Source: an uncultured Candidatus Saccharibacteria bacterium (GTDB lineage Bacteria; Patescibacteriota; Minisyncoccia; UBA6257; UBA9933). From it: 64,000 bases of DNA. The notes below the pieces were generated by a model. It did not search any database. It saw nothing but the letters and a program-made list of their open reading frames with translations, and had not been told where the DNA came from. Location: the NCBI GenBank assembly GCA_964453135.1, contig CAYVOL010000001.1:24895-88894 (forward strand), in the 5' to 3' direction. The first letter of the stretch is position 1. Each line of letters begins with the position of its first letter. Positions 30,692 to 40,599 of the stretch are shown piece after piece. The translations under genes were made by a program, and so were the position numbers.

Positions 30692-31711
30692 TTACGAGTG
30701 CCTGATAACCATCACATCCCCGTCTTGGACAATATAGTCTTTCCCTTCGGTGCGCAACCAGCCTTTTCTTTTCGCTTCGTTCCACGAACCGGCTTCCAGC
30801 AATTTCTGCCAGTCAATTGTTTCCGCGCGGATGAATTTTTTTTCAAAATCGCTGTGAATGACTCCGGCGGCTTCCGGCGCTTTTGCTCCGTCTTTGATAG
30901 TCCACGCGCGGGTTTCATCTTCTCCGGTAGTGAGAAAACTGATAAGCCCTAGGATTTTATACGTTTCGGCGATAAGCTCGTTTAAGTTGTCGGCGCGCGA
31001 CAAATCGCAAATGACATAGTCCGCGCCAAGCGATTTGATTTTCGCTTTTAAGTCTTCGTTCACATCATCAACGCCGCCGTTTAACAAATAGATTTTTTCT
31101 TTGGCGGTTAAAAGGTTTATCTCTCCCAAAAGCTCTTGCTGGCTTTGACTTGAAGAAAAGCCGCGCAGAAAATCGGAAGCCGGCCTGCCGCTATCAACTA
31201 TTTCTTTCAATTTTTTCATCAAAGCTAAATCTTCTATTTTCTTTTTATCGCCGGAGCGCGCTTCTCCTTCCAATTTTCCGATTTTTTTATCAATTGTTTC
31301 CAAATCTTTCAAAGCCAACTCGGCGCCGATAATTTCAATATCTCTTATCGGATCAACTTTTTCTTCCACATGGACTATTTCCGGCGAAGGAAAAATCCTC
31401 ACCACTTCAACGATGGCGCTCACGTCCCTGATGTGCGACAAAAACTGATTGCCCAATCCCTCGCCCTTGTAAGCGCCTTTAACCAGACCGGCGATATCGT
31501 AAAATTCCACAATAGCGGGAATTGTTTTTTTTGACGCGCTCATCTTTGCCAATTTTGCCAGACGTTCGTCGGGCACAGGCACCACGCCCACATTGGGGTC
31601 TATGGTGGCAAAAGGGTAATTGGCCACATACACCTCCTGTTTGGTTAAAATTTTAAATAAAGAAGACTTGCCCACATTGGGAAGTCCCACGATGCCGATG
31701 GATAATTTCAT
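30692..31711 (-). CDS. ychF: Ribosome-binding ATPase YchF
   Basis: GIVGLPNVGKSSLF P-loop and YPFATIDPN motif. C-terminal TGS-like domain. Confidence 0.9.
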   Translation of the reverse strand: MKLSIGIVGLPNVGKSSLFKILTKQEVYVANYPFATIDPNVGVVPVPDERLAKLAKMSASKKTIPAIVEFYDIAGLVKGAYKGEGLGNQFLSHIRDVSAIVEVVRIFPSPEIVHVEEKVDPIRDIEIIGAELALKDLETIDKKIGKLEGEARSGDKKKIEDLALMKKLKEIVDSGRPASDFLRGFSSSQSQQELLGEINLLTAKEKIYLLNGGVDDVNEDLKAKIKSLGADYVICDLSRADNLNELIAETYKILGLISFLTTGEDETRAWTIKDGAKAPEAAGVIHSDFEKKFIRAETIDWQKLLEAGSWNEAKRKGWLRTEGKDYIVQDGDVMVIRHS

Positions 31712-31795
31712 AATTTTTACTCTAACATTATTTTTTCTAAAAACAAAAAGTCTCGCATTGTAAGCGAGAGCTTTTGTTTCTTCCGCCTTTGCAGG

Positions 31796-32776
31796 TTAAC
31801 GTTTCATTAGTTTTTTGAGTTCTTCAATCAGCGACACTTTCTCGCTTTCCGCTTTATAAATTTTAGCCGTGTGATAAGCAGTCCAATCAGCTAAAAGCAG
31901 AGAATTAAAAATCTTGCGGAAAGTTGGTGGACCGCTTAAAGGAATAATTTCCACCGGCAGTCCGCGCTTGCGATAAAGCCGGGCAGTGAGAGCCATTCGC
32001 TTCCTAATCTGCGGGCGGTCATCTTTATCGCTTAAAAAAACAAAGTGAAAATTATTGGAAACATTAGAGGTATTGCGCGCAGCGCCTGTTGTGCCAAAGC
32101 CGGCCATTTCGTTGTGATTGAGTTCGGGGAAATTATTGGCAAAAGCCGGAGTTTTTCCCGTTTCGTTAAACTTGATTTTCCAGTTATAGGCAATGGCCGC
32201 ATTATTCAGCGACGAATAAATAACCGGTGCGCGCCCGAACATTTTTTTAGCCAGCAATTTTCCTTTTTTCTCCGCGGCAAAAACATCAAGCGCGCTCTCC
32301 AATTCGCGCAATTCTTTCTCCAAAGAACGCAGGTTCATCAGAGCAGTCAAGCCGAGCGTCGCGTAGCCCAAAGCCATGCGCGGCTGAATGTCGGTAGCCG
32401 GCAATTGAATATAGGGGATGCGATATTTTTTCGCCAATACCAGCAATTTTCCTCCGGTGGCAATAGCGGCGAGAGAAAGCCGCCTCTTCCGCGCTTCTTG
32501 AAAACCGTCAACGGTTTCTTCGGTATTGCCCGAGTAAGAGCTGGCGATAACAAGACTCTCTCGCAAAACTCCGGAGGGAATTTTCGGAAGCCCATAATTT
32601 CTATGGGAATGAATGTCCAAAAAGGGATCGCGCATTTTCAATAATTCCGGCGCTAAATTGGAGCCCCCCATGCCAAGGACGATAAATTTCTTGCGATCGG
32701 CCAATTTATTTTTATTGATAATCACCGGCCGATATTTGAATTGCTGGGGGAAATTTTTTATTGCTTCTTTCATCAT
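31796..32776 (-). CDS. Bifunctional phosphoglucose/phosphomannose isomerase (SIS domain, archaeal-type)
   Basis: FIVLGMGGSNLAPE and SYSGNTEET SIS motifs. About 326 aa. Confidence 0.65.
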   Translation of the reverse strand: MMKEAIKNFPQQFKYRPVIINKNKLADRKKFIVLGMGGSNLAPELLKMRDPFLDIHSHRNYGLPKIPSGVLRESLVIASSYSGNTEETVDGFQEARKRRLSLAAIATGGKLLVLAKKYRIPYIQLPATDIQPRMALGYATLGLTALMNLRSLEKELRELESALDVFAAEKKGKLLAKKMFGRAPVIYSSLNNAAIAYNWKIKFNETGKTPAFANNFPELNHNEMAGFGTTGAARNTSNVSNNFHFVFLSDKDDRPQIRKRMALTARLYRKRGLPVEIIPLSGPPTFRKIFNSLLLADWTAYHTAKIYKAESEKVSLIEELKKLMKR

Positions 32777-32826
32777 GATTAAAAAATTGTTTCGCCAAAA
32801 ATTTTAAAAGTTTTTGCTGAAAATTC

Positions 32827-34293
32827 TTACTGAGTTTTTTTGTATTGCCCGCTGTCAACCGGCATTTCTATGGGTTCTTCGGAAACAATAGGGATAGTGA
32901 AATAAAATATCGCGCCTTTGTTTTCCTCCGAAGAAAACCATACCTTCCCTCCCAAAGTCTCCACCAGTCTTTTTACCAAAGACAGCCCCAAACCGTTGCC
33001 GTCGGGAATTTTTGACACGGCATTGGCAGCGCGGAAAAATTTTTCAAACACCCGGCCTTTCTGATTTTTGGGGATGCCAATGCCGTCATCCTTAATGGAA
33101 TAGATAAATTCTTTTTCCGCGCGTCCGATTTTTATTTTTATGCTTCCGTTTTCATTGGTATAGCGAATGGCGTTGGAAAGCAAATTGCCTATCACCTGGC
33201 TCAAGAGAGCGTCGTCAACGACTATTTCAAACATCCCGGCTTCTTTAGGGTCAATTTCAATATCCAGATGAAGTTTTTTCTCCCGCAACAAAGGATTGAG
33301 TTCCTTAACTAAATTTTCGGTAAGATGGAAAATGTTTGCCCTTGAAGAATGAACTTTTATCTGCCCTCCTTCAAGGCGCGCCATGTTGAGCAGAAAATTG
33401 ATTATGTCATTTAACCGCAAAGCGCTATTGTGGATTTGTTCCAAGAAACTTTTTTGTTCCGCGCTAAAAACGCCTGCTTCGTCTCCTTGCAAGATTTCCG
33501 AATACCAGCGAATGGCGGTTAAGGGGGTGCGCAGTTGATGGGAAGCGGTGGAAATAAAACCGGCCCTCGCTTCTTCCAGAGATTTTTCCCTGCTGACATC
33601 GGCAAAAACCATCACTGCTCCGGTAATGCCGTTTCCTTTTAAGGGAGAAACTGTGAGCCGGATGGGAAATTTCCGTCCGCTGACAAAAACTTGATAATAA
33701 AAATTATCTTCAATTTCAATGCTAACGACATCTCCTTTTTCAAGAGTCTTAACCACCGGCCTTTCCTTCAAAGGAACCGCTTTGTCTCCCTGTAAAACGT
33801 CAAACATCTCCAGTATTTCTTTCCCCAGAGCTTCTTTCTGGGAAATTCCCAAAAGCTCTTCCGCTTTTCTGTTGATCAGAATGATTTGGTAATTTTTATC
33901 AACCACTAAAACGCCCTCTCCGATAGAAGCGGACACGGCCCGGGCCCGGTCGCGCTCCTCTTTAAGATTTTTTTCGTATTCGGCGGCGTCTTCAAGAATA
34001 TTGATAATCGCTTTTTCCGCCTGGCCTGAAAGCTCGTTATGTTTTTCCAGTTGGTCATTTAAAAATTTGATTTTCTTGATGTCGCGCGCGTTATTTACTA
34101 ATTCATAAAGCAGGTCTCTGTTTTGCTCATTTAAGAAATCCTTGGCGAAATTTGCCAGACGCAATAAAACTATTTCTTTTCTTAAAGTCCGCGGGGAGAC
34201 GCCGAAATTTTTTTTAATCCCGGGCAACAACGACGATAGTTCAGATATCTCTTCTTGAAAAGATTGTTCTTTTGTTGAAATATTATTCTGCAT
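32827..34293 (-). CDS. Sensor histidine kinase (PAS, HisKA, HATPase_c), cytoplasmic
   Basis: H-box ASHQLRTPLTAI, N-box LLSNAIRYT, G-boxes IKDDGIGIP and GNGLGLSLV. Confidence 0.85.
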   Translation of the reverse strand: MQNNISTKEQSFQEEISELSSLLPGIKKNFGVSPRTLRKEIVLLRLANFAKDFLNEQNRDLLYELVNNARDIKKIKFLNDQLEKHNELSGQAEKAIINILEDAAEYEKNLKEERDRARAVSASIGEGVLVVDKNYQIILINRKAEELLGISQKEALGKEILEMFDVLQGDKAVPLKERPVVKTLEKGDVVSIEIEDNFYYQVFVSGRKFPIRLTVSPLKGNGITGAVMVFADVSREKSLEEARAGFISTASHQLRTPLTAIRWYSEILQGDEAGVFSAEQKSFLEQIHNSALRLNDIINFLLNMARLEGGQIKVHSSRANIFHLTENLVKELNPLLREKKLHLDIEIDPKEAGMFEIVVDDALLSQVIGNLLSNAIRYTNENGSIKIKIGRAEKEFIYSIKDDGIGIPKNQKGRVFEKFFRAANAVSKIPDGNGLGLSLVKRLVETLGGKVWFSSEENKGAIFYFTIPIVSEEPIEMPVDSGQYKKTQ

Positions 34294-34377
34294 ACTGGCT
34301 TAATTTCACATAGAAATTAACGGGATAAATTCAAATATCAAACCTCAAAACGCAATTTGAATTTCGGGCTTGTTTTG

Positions 34378-35118
34378 TTATTCCATATATTTTCCGTATT
34401 CAAATTTTCCCAAAGCCTCAATCATCTGCGGGACAAGTTTTTGGGGAATAACAGAGCCGTGCTGAGGGCAGATATTTCCAATTTCTAATTTTTTAATCCG
34501 GCTGAGATAATTCTGCATAATTTCCGAAGAAGGCATATAATTCTCGTGGAATCCTTTCATTTTTTCTTCGTATCGGGCGTCGGCGTAAATTTCCCATTTA
34601 GGAGTGAAAGCGCCGAAAATATCCGAAGAAAAAAGAGTTTTTGTTTTTTCGTCGTAAGTATTGATAGTGCCAGGGGTATGTAAATAATGCGCGGGCAGGA
34701 ATTTCAATATCCGGCCGGAAGAGAATTTGAAAATATTGTCGTTTTCTTCGGGATGATAAAAATTCATTTTTTCCCGGGAATAATAGGAAATAAGAAGCGA
34801 GGCGCGCCAATGAGCGATAATCTGAAGGCTTTCTTGGTTAATAATGTCCTGAAATAATGGCACGGAAGCGCAAAGATCCGGGTCCATATGATGCAGGATT
34901 ATCCCTTTAATCATTTTCGGCTCAACAATGCTGAAAACTTTTCTCGCCACGTAAGGAAAATGGCCCAAAGAACCGCAATCCACCAGAACCGCTTCGTCAT
35001 TGTCAACAATCAGATACGGATTGCAGGAGAAAATCGCCGCCTTATCGTAGAAGCCGGCCCAAAAAATTCCCGGCGCCACCTCAACTGCTTCGTCGTAATT
35101 ATAAGATTTTAAAAGCAT
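34378..35118 (-). CDS. Flavodiiron-like metallo-beta-lactamase-fold protein (ODP-like, no flavodoxin domain)
   Basis: GIFWAGFYD...NPYLIVDNDEAVLVDCG and ILHHMDPDL resemble the flavodiiron N-domain HxExDH region, with substitutions. Confidence 0.45.
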   Translation of the reverse strand: MLLKSYNYDEAVEVAPGIFWAGFYDKAAIFSCNPYLIVDNDEAVLVDCGSLGHFPYVARKVFSIVEPKMIKGIILHHMDPDLCASVPLFQDIINQESLQIIAHWRASLLISYYSREKMNFYHPEENDNIFKFSSGRILKFLPAHYLHTPGTINTYDEKTKTLFSSDIFGAFTPKWEIYADARYEEKMKGFHENYMPSSEIMQNYLSRIKKLEIGNICPQHGSVIPQKLVPQMIEALGKFEYGKYME

Positions 35119-35121
35119 AAG

Positions 35122-35320
35122 TTAATTTGTAAGATTTCATAGCGTTGTTTACGCTTTTCATCATTGTTTTTTTATGGTCATCCTGAGTCCCGCTTAGCGG
35201 GACGAAAGATCTCGTTCCGAAGCAACAGACTTTCCGCTTGAACCAAAGAGATTCTTCGCTTCGCTCAGAATGACATGAAGGATTCTTTGTCCCCCGCCGT
35301 GGCGGGGGACAAAGAATGAC
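35122..35320 (+). mobile_element. MITE-like element, copy 6 (left TIR plus core), immediately upstream of the ODP-like gene start
   Basis: Left TIR ttaatttgtaagatttcatagcgttgtttacgcttttcatcattg. Core ggtcatcctgagtcccgcttagcgggacgaaagatctcg...ttcgctcagaatgaca...cccccgccgtggcgggggacaaagaatgaca. Confidence 0.75.
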
Positions 35321-35343
35321 AGGGGGGGGGGATAAAACGAGAT

Positions 35344-35763
35344 CTAAATCTGCCAGTACAAATAAACGCCTTCCTCTTCCGCGTCAATCCGCAATATCAG
35401 ATTAGAAATCATATCGTTTAACTCCATGCGGAAACCGGGAAAATCTTTTTGAATTGCTTCTGCCTGCGCGTATTTGGCTATAAAAACTCCTACTTTCCCG
35501 CCGATCGCTTTCATTTCATCTATAAAAACCTGGATACTCGTTAAATCCATATTATTCTTTCTCATTTTTTCCAGAAGCTGGGGGTAAAAAATATTGTTTT
35601 CCAGATTAATGTGTTCTCTCAGGTGGCTCTGAAATTCTTCTATGACTCTTATTATGGAATCAATATCCGGCGATTTGCTCTCGGATTCTTTTTTCAAAGA
35701 AGACATATCTTTTCTTAATTGATTGTGCTGCGCTATTAAAATATCTACTATGTTGTTTACCAT
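35344..35763 (-). CDS. Hemerythrin-like (HHE cation-binding) domain protein
   Basis: Paired H-x3-E-type motifs (QHNQLRKDM, FQSHLREHINLENNIFYP). 139 aa. Confidence 0.55.
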   Translation of the reverse strand: MVNNIVDILIAQHNQLRKDMSSLKKESESKSPDIDSIIRVIEEFQSHLREHINLENNIFYPQLLEKMRKNNMDLTSIQVFIDEMKAIGGKVGVFIAKYAQAEAIQKDFPGFRMELNDMISNLILRIDAEEEGVYLYWQI

Positions 35764-35805
35764 ATTGTTTCTTTTTAATTTTAATCGTGAAAATTGAAAA
35801 TGGTT

Positions 35806-37206
35806 TTAGACGCTTTCTTTCTTAAAAATCATTTTCTCCAGCTCCTCAATCCGCTTCTTTAATTCTACCATTTTTAATTCGCGGCCGACAGCCATAGTCT
35901 TGAATTTTTCCAGGTCGTTTACCCTGTCCTGCAAGCTTTGCGTGCGCAGGTCAACTTCCCATTCCAGCCGGTCTTTTATTTCTTCGTTCTCTTTGGTTCT
36001 CTCTTCCAGAGAATTTGCCAGTATTTTATTGGATTCCTGCAGTAATTTCTTCGCCTGCCTCACTTGTTGCTGAGAATCCGCCAAAGCGTCCACCGCCGTG
36101 TTGACGGTTTGCGCCAGCTCTCCAATTTCGTCTTGAGCGTCGCTTTTCACTCTGACACTCAAATCGCCCGACGAAATTTTGCGCGCGAAAGAAAGAACTT
36201 TATTTAAGTTTCTTAAAAGAAATTTACTAAAGGCGAAAATCAGCAAAACTCCGAAGATTTCGATAAAAATCAGCATTAGCCACATCCGTTTCTCGGCTTG
36301 GTTCAAATAGGAAAAAATTTCGCTGTTTTGAATTTCAGTAACCAAAACGAGATTGTAGTCTTTGAGACACCGGGAAAATCCCAAAACAGATTTCCCCAGA
36401 TAATCTTTATATTCCTGCTGGCCGATATCCGGTTTGTTTTCCAAACAAGCGCGGACCAGCGCGTTATCCATTTTTTGGGATAAAACTGTTTGCTGGTAAG
36501 TGCGCGATAGAGCGATAATAAATTTTTGGCTGTTGACTAAATAGGTTTTGATGGTCTGGTAAGAATTGGTTGTTTTGTTGTTCAATAAATCTGTTATTTC
36601 CCGGTCCTTGGAGAAATGCAGGAATAAAGAAGCGTCAAGCGGCGTTAGAGTTTCTTTGGCGGAAAAAATCCGGGAAACGGCGTAAACCAAAGGGGTGGCC
36701 GCTGTTTCCGTTCCCGCTATTGTTCCAAAACCGGCGGAGGCCTCGCCGAACTTTTCGGGCAATTTGTCCGGCTTGTCATTCTCTGCGCCGCCTATCCTTC
36801 CGCTGTCGCTGGAAGCAATGATGCTGCCGTTTTTATCAACAATATCCGTTATCGCCACGGACGGGTCAAGAGGCATTTTTTTATCTTTCAAATAGCCGCC
36901 AAGAGTCTGCACCAGCTGATTGCGGACATTGGCATCTGAAGAATTAAGAATAGCTTCGGTTGTATTTCTGATGTAGCCGTCAGACGACCAGTCGGCGGTT
37001 CTTGTTTTAACATTATCCAAAATAGCGTAAAGAGCGTCTTTCTTGCCGTCTATAATTATAGAAAAATACTGAACAACCTGAGTTTGAATCGCCTGGCGCA
37101 AATCATTCAGAAAATAAAGATTCAAAAAAAATCCCAAGACGACAACGACCGCGCTGAAAACAAGAACAATTTTTATACCCAGACTTTTTTTTATTTTATC
37201 GAACAT
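35806..37206 (-). CDS. Membrane sensor with periplasmic ligand-binding region, HAMP domain and C-terminal coiled coil (no kinase or MCP output)
   Basis: TM1 IVLVFSAVVVVLGFFLNLYFL. TM2 MWLMLIFIEIFGVLLIFAF. HAMP (LSFARKISSGDLSVRVKSDAQDEIGELAQTVN). Heptad tail. Confidence 0.55.
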   Translation of the reverse strand: MFDKIKKSLGIKIVLVFSAVVVVLGFFLNLYFLNDLRQAIQTQVVQYFSIIIDGKKDALYAILDNVKTRTADWSSDGYIRNTTEAILNSSDANVRNQLVQTLGGYLKDKKMPLDPSVAITDIVDKNGSIIASSDSGRIGGAENDKPDKLPEKFGEASAGFGTIAGTETAATPLVYAVSRIFSAKETLTPLDASLFLHFSKDREITDLLNNKTTNSYQTIKTYLVNSQKFIIALSRTYQQTVLSQKMDNALVRACLENKPDIGQQEYKDYLGKSVLGFSRCLKDYNLVLVTEIQNSEIFSYLNQAEKRMWLMLIFIEIFGVLLIFAFSKFLLRNLNKVLSFARKISSGDLSVRVKSDAQDEIGELAQTVNTAVDALADSQQQVRQAKKLLQESNKILANSLEERTKENEEIKDRLEWEVDLRTQSLQDRVNDLEKFKTMAVGRELKMVELKKRIEELEKMIFKKESV

Positions 37207-37350
37207 AAACTTTAGGTCAGGCGCGGAATTTAAACGATTTTTTTACTTTACTCTAATTTTATAATCTGTAGAAATTTTTACAATGGCTGACGGAGAAAGT
37301 TATCCCCATATCGCAGGCCTGCGACTCTCGGTTAGTTTGTTAAGTTTGTT

Positions 37351-37396
37351 ATGAGAAACAAAAATCTCCGTCAAAACGGAGATTTTTGTTTCTCAT
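37351..37396. terminator. Perfect 20-bp-arm hairpin terminator after rpsI
   Basis: atgagaaacaaaaatctccgtcaaaacggagatttttgtttctcat. Confidence 0.65.
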
Positions 37397-37435
37397 ACTT
37401 TTTTATGCTTTTTGATACTTTTCGATACTTGCCGC

Positions 37436-37891
37436 TTACCGCTTCTTCCATTGGGGAGCGCGGCGGGCTTTTTTCAATCCGTATTTCTTTCTTTCCACCA
37501 CCCGGGCGTCGCGCGTAAGAAAACTCAATTTTCGGAGCCGCTTGGCAAAAATGGGATTGAATTCCAGCAAAGCGCGCGCCACTCCCAAACGGGTGGCTTC
37601 AGCTTGAGCGGTTAATCCCCCGCCTTTCACTTTCACTGTTCCTCCTAACTTATCAGTTAATTTTATTTCTTCCAAAGGGTCGAGTGCTGTTTTCTGCAAA
37701 CGGAGCAAAGGAAAATATTTTTCCAAAGCGCGTTCGTTGACGGTAAAGCCTTTGACTTTGGTATAAAGCCGCACGCGGCTGGTGGCGTTTTTCCGGCGGC
37801 CTACTGCTTCGTAATATCTTTCTTTTTTGTTTTCTTTTTTGGAAGCCGCTGATTTTTCTTCTTTTTTAGCGGCGGTTTTAGTTTCAGTCAT
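37436..37891 (-). CDS. rpsI: 30S ribosomal protein S9 (Lys-rich N-terminal extension)
   Basis: C-terminal GGGLTAQAEATRLGVARALLEF...KKARRAPQWKKR. Confidence 0.9.
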   Translation of the reverse strand: MTETKTAAKKEEKSAASKKENKKERYYEAVGRRKNATSRVRLYTKVKGFTVNERALEKYFPLLRLQKTALDPLEEIKLTDKLGGTVKVKGGGLTAQAEATRLGVARALLEFNPIFAKRLRKLSFLTRDARVVERKKYGLKKARRAPQWKKR

Positions 37892-37919
37892 AGTATATAA
37901 ATAGGCTGCGAAAAAAAGC

Positions 37920-38321
37920 TTATTCTACAACCAACCTTTTCATCCGCCCGACGCGTAATTTATTTTTCGGAAGCATCTGGGAAACCGCTTTTTTTAACGC
38001 TTCTCCTTTCCCCTTCTTTCCGATTAATTCTTTAAGCGTTTGGGACTTAAGATGCCCCATGTAGCCGGTGTGATGGTAATAAATTTTTTGCTCTTCTTTT
38101 TTGCCGGTAAAAACAACCCTGTCAATGTTAATGACTTTGACTTTGTCTTCGCCCAATAAACGCGGATCGTAAGACGGCGACTTTTTCCCCTGCAAAATTA
38201 TCGCCGCCTCGCTGGCCACTCTTCCCATTGGTTTATTGGCGGCGTCAATGACGTATTCCATAGTGAAGTAAGCATACAAAAAGTCTCCGATAATTTCAAG
38301 CCCCCGCGCCTTCATCCGCAA
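37920..38321 (-). CDS. rplM: 50S ribosomal protein L13
   Basis: VIDAANKPMGRVAS, IYYHHTGYMG. Internal Met at 38261 is an alternative start. Confidence 0.9.
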   Translation of the reverse strand: MRMKARGLEIIGDFLYAYFTMEYVIDAANKPMGRVASEAAIILQGKKSPSYDPRLLGEDKVKVINIDRVVFTGKKEEQKIYYHHTGYMGHLKSQTLKELIGKKGKGEALKKAVSQMLPKNKLRVGRMKRLVVE

Positions 38322-38325
38322 AAAA

Positions 38326-39819
38326 TCAGCGGCGCGGGAATAAATTCTCCCCCTTTGTTATCCGGAAAAAATCGCCCTCTCTTTGAATGCTTTGAGAAAT
38401 CTTGGAAGCGGCTTCCGGAAGAAAAGGAGAAAGCAGGTGGGCGACAAATTCCAAAATACGAATCAAATTAACTAAAACATCTTTTTTCTCTTCGGCATTT
38501 TCCCTATTTTCTCTATTTTCCCAGGGCTTTGTCTGATTAATATAATTGTCTCCGAAACTAATAAGTCCCCAAACAACCGATAGGGCCTCGTGAAATTTGA
38601 ATTCGTTAATTTTCTGCTCAACAATCTCCTTTGTTTTTTTAATTATATTCTCAATCTCTTTATCTGAAATATTCGCAGATATCCGCAGATTGGACTCGCG
38701 AGAAGCGAGAGTCAATACCCGCGCCGCAAAATTTCCCAAGCCGTTAGCCAAATCTCCATTGTATCTTTCCTTAAATTTTTCCTCCGTGTAATCGCCGTCT
38801 TCCGAAGAAGGAATTTCCCGCAAGAAATAATACCGCAATGCGTCGGCGCCATATTTTTCCGCCAGCTCTTCGGGCGAAACAACGTTGCCCAAAGATTTGG
38901 ACATTTTCTGCCCGCCGGAAGTTATATAGCCGTGGACAAAAATATTTTTAGGCACTTCCAAACCGGCGGCCAAAAGAATAGCGGGCCAGATAATGGCGTG
39001 AAACCGCAAAATATCTTTTCCGATAAAATGCGCGTCAGCGGGCCAGAATTTTTTGAATTTTTCATCAAAATATTTTTCGCCAGGAGAAACGCCGAATCCC
39101 AAAGCGGACAAATAATTCGGGAGAGCGTCAAACCAGACGTAAATCGTATGGCTGTCATCGCCAGGCACGGGGATGCCCCAGCTATTTTTTTCTTTAGGAC
39201 GCGAGATGCTGATGTCCTCCAACCCGCGCCTTAAAAAGGCCAAAGTTTCATTTTTGCGGCTCTCGGGAATTATCTTGATTTCATTATTTTTGATTCTCTT
39301 CTCAATTTCTCCCCCGTATCGCGAAAGGCGGAAAAAATAATTTTTCTCTTTGACTAATTCCGGCTCTGTTAAATGCTCGGGACACTGGCCGTTAACAAGG
39401 TCTTTGGGAGTTTTAAAAGATTCGCATCCGACGCAATAAAGGCCTTCAAATTCTTTTAAGTAGATATCCCCTTTTTTATTTAACGCGTTCCAGACGGCAA
39501 TCACGCCGGGCCAATGTTTTGCTCGGTCGCTTGTGCGGATAAATTCGTCCCAGCTTAAATTCAAAATGTCTTTTAGCCGGCGGAACTGCGCGGCAATATC
39601 ATCAACAAATTCCTGAGGAGATTTATTATTTTTTTTAGCCGCTTGGACGATTTTTGTCCCGTGCTCGTCCACGCCGGATAAAAAAAACACTTCGTCTCCT
39701 TTTTGGCGATGCCAACGGGCAAGCAAGTCTGCCTCGACGCTTTCCAAGGCAAAACCGATATGAGGAGAGGCATTGGCGTAAGCAATGGAAGTGGTGATGT
39801 AAAATTTTTCGCCTGCCAT
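38326..39819 (-). CDS. metG: Methionine--tRNA ligase (core only, no C-terminal tRNA-binding domain)
   Basis: HIGH-like ANASPHIGFA and KMSKS motifs. CxxC zinc knuckle. Confidence 0.9.
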   Translation of the reverse strand: MAGEKFYITTSIAYANASPHIGFALESVEADLLARWHRQKGDEVFFLSGVDEHGTKIVQAAKKNNKSPQEFVDDIAAQFRRLKDILNLSWDEFIRTSDRAKHWPGVIAVWNALNKKGDIYLKEFEGLYCVGCESFKTPKDLVNGQCPEHLTEPELVKEKNYFFRLSRYGGEIEKRIKNNEIKIIPESRKNETLAFLRRGLEDISISRPKEKNSWGIPVPGDDSHTIYVWFDALPNYLSALGFGVSPGEKYFDEKFKKFWPADAHFIGKDILRFHAIIWPAILLAAGLEVPKNIFVHGYITSGGQKMSKSLGNVVSPEELAEKYGADALRYYFLREIPSSEDGDYTEEKFKERYNGDLANGLGNFAARVLTLASRESNLRISANISDKEIENIIKKTKEIVEQKINEFKFHEALSVVWGLISFGDNYINQTKPWENRENRENAEEKKDVLVNLIRILEFVAHLLSPFLPEAASKISQSIQREGDFFRITKGENLFPRR

Positions 39820-39912
39820 AATTGAATTATGGAGGAAACAAACTTATAATTCAATAAAAATATCGCTGGGTCGCGATTAGATTAGCTGGACCAGGGCGAT
39901 AACAAATAACAA

Positions 39913-40599
39913 ATGAGGTTTGATATTATTACAATTTTTCCCCAGATGTTTGACTCTTATTTGAACGAGTCTATTTTGAAGCGGACGCGGGAAAAACGTT
40001 TGATTGAAATTAAAACCCACGACCTCCGGCGCTTTGCCCGGGACAAACACCGCAAAGTGGACGACCGGCCGTTTGGCGGAGGCCCAGGAATGGTGCTCAA
40101 GATTGAACCGTTAATCAAAGCGATAAACCATGCAGCGCGATCCAAGATCCAAGATCCAAGATCCAAGATCCTAGTGGTATTATTTTCACCAGCAGGAAAA
40201 CAATTGGACGATAAAACAGCTTTGAGATTGGCTAAAAATAAAAACCGCCTTATCTTAATCTGCGGACGCTACGAGGGCGTAGACAATCGCTTGAGCAAAA
40301 TAGTAAAAGATTTGGGATTGAAAATAGAAAATTTATCTCTTGGTCCCTATGTTTTAACCGGCGGCGAACTTCCGGCAATGGTTTTGATTGACGCTGTTGC
40401 GCGAAAAATTCCGGGCGTTTTGGGAAAAGACAATTCGCTGGAAGAAAAAAGGTTCGGCATAGGAGTGCCAACTTATTCCCGTCCGGAAATTTTCACTTAC
40501 AAAAAGAAAAAATACAAAGTGCCCGAAGTTCTTCTTACGGGCAATCACAAGAGAATAGAAGGGTGGAAAAGGGAAAACGCGCCGACTATTAAGGATTGA
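39913..40599 (+). CDS. trmD: tRNA (guanine37-N1)-methyltransferase
   Basis: FDIITIFPQMF N-terminus, PFGGGPGMVLKIEP, LICGRYEGVD. Confidence 0.9.
   Translation: MRFDIITIFPQMFDSYLNESILKRTREKRLIEIKTHDLRRFARDKHRKVDDRPFGGGPGMVLKIEPLIKAINHAARSKIQDPRSKILVVLFSPAGKQLDDKTALRLAKNKNRLILICGRYEGVDNRLSKIVKDLGLKIENLSLGPYVLTGGELPAMVLIDAVARKIPGVLGKDNSLEEKRFGIGVPTYSRPEIFTYKKKKYKVPEVLLTGNHKRIEGWKRENAPTIKD
40139..40171 (+). repeat. Heptanucleotide microsatellite (gatccaa) x 4.7 inside the trmD CDS
   Basis: gatccaagatccaagatccaagatccaagatcc read directly. Translates as SKIQDPRSKIL in the loop before the conserved SPAG motif. Confidence 0.8.
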
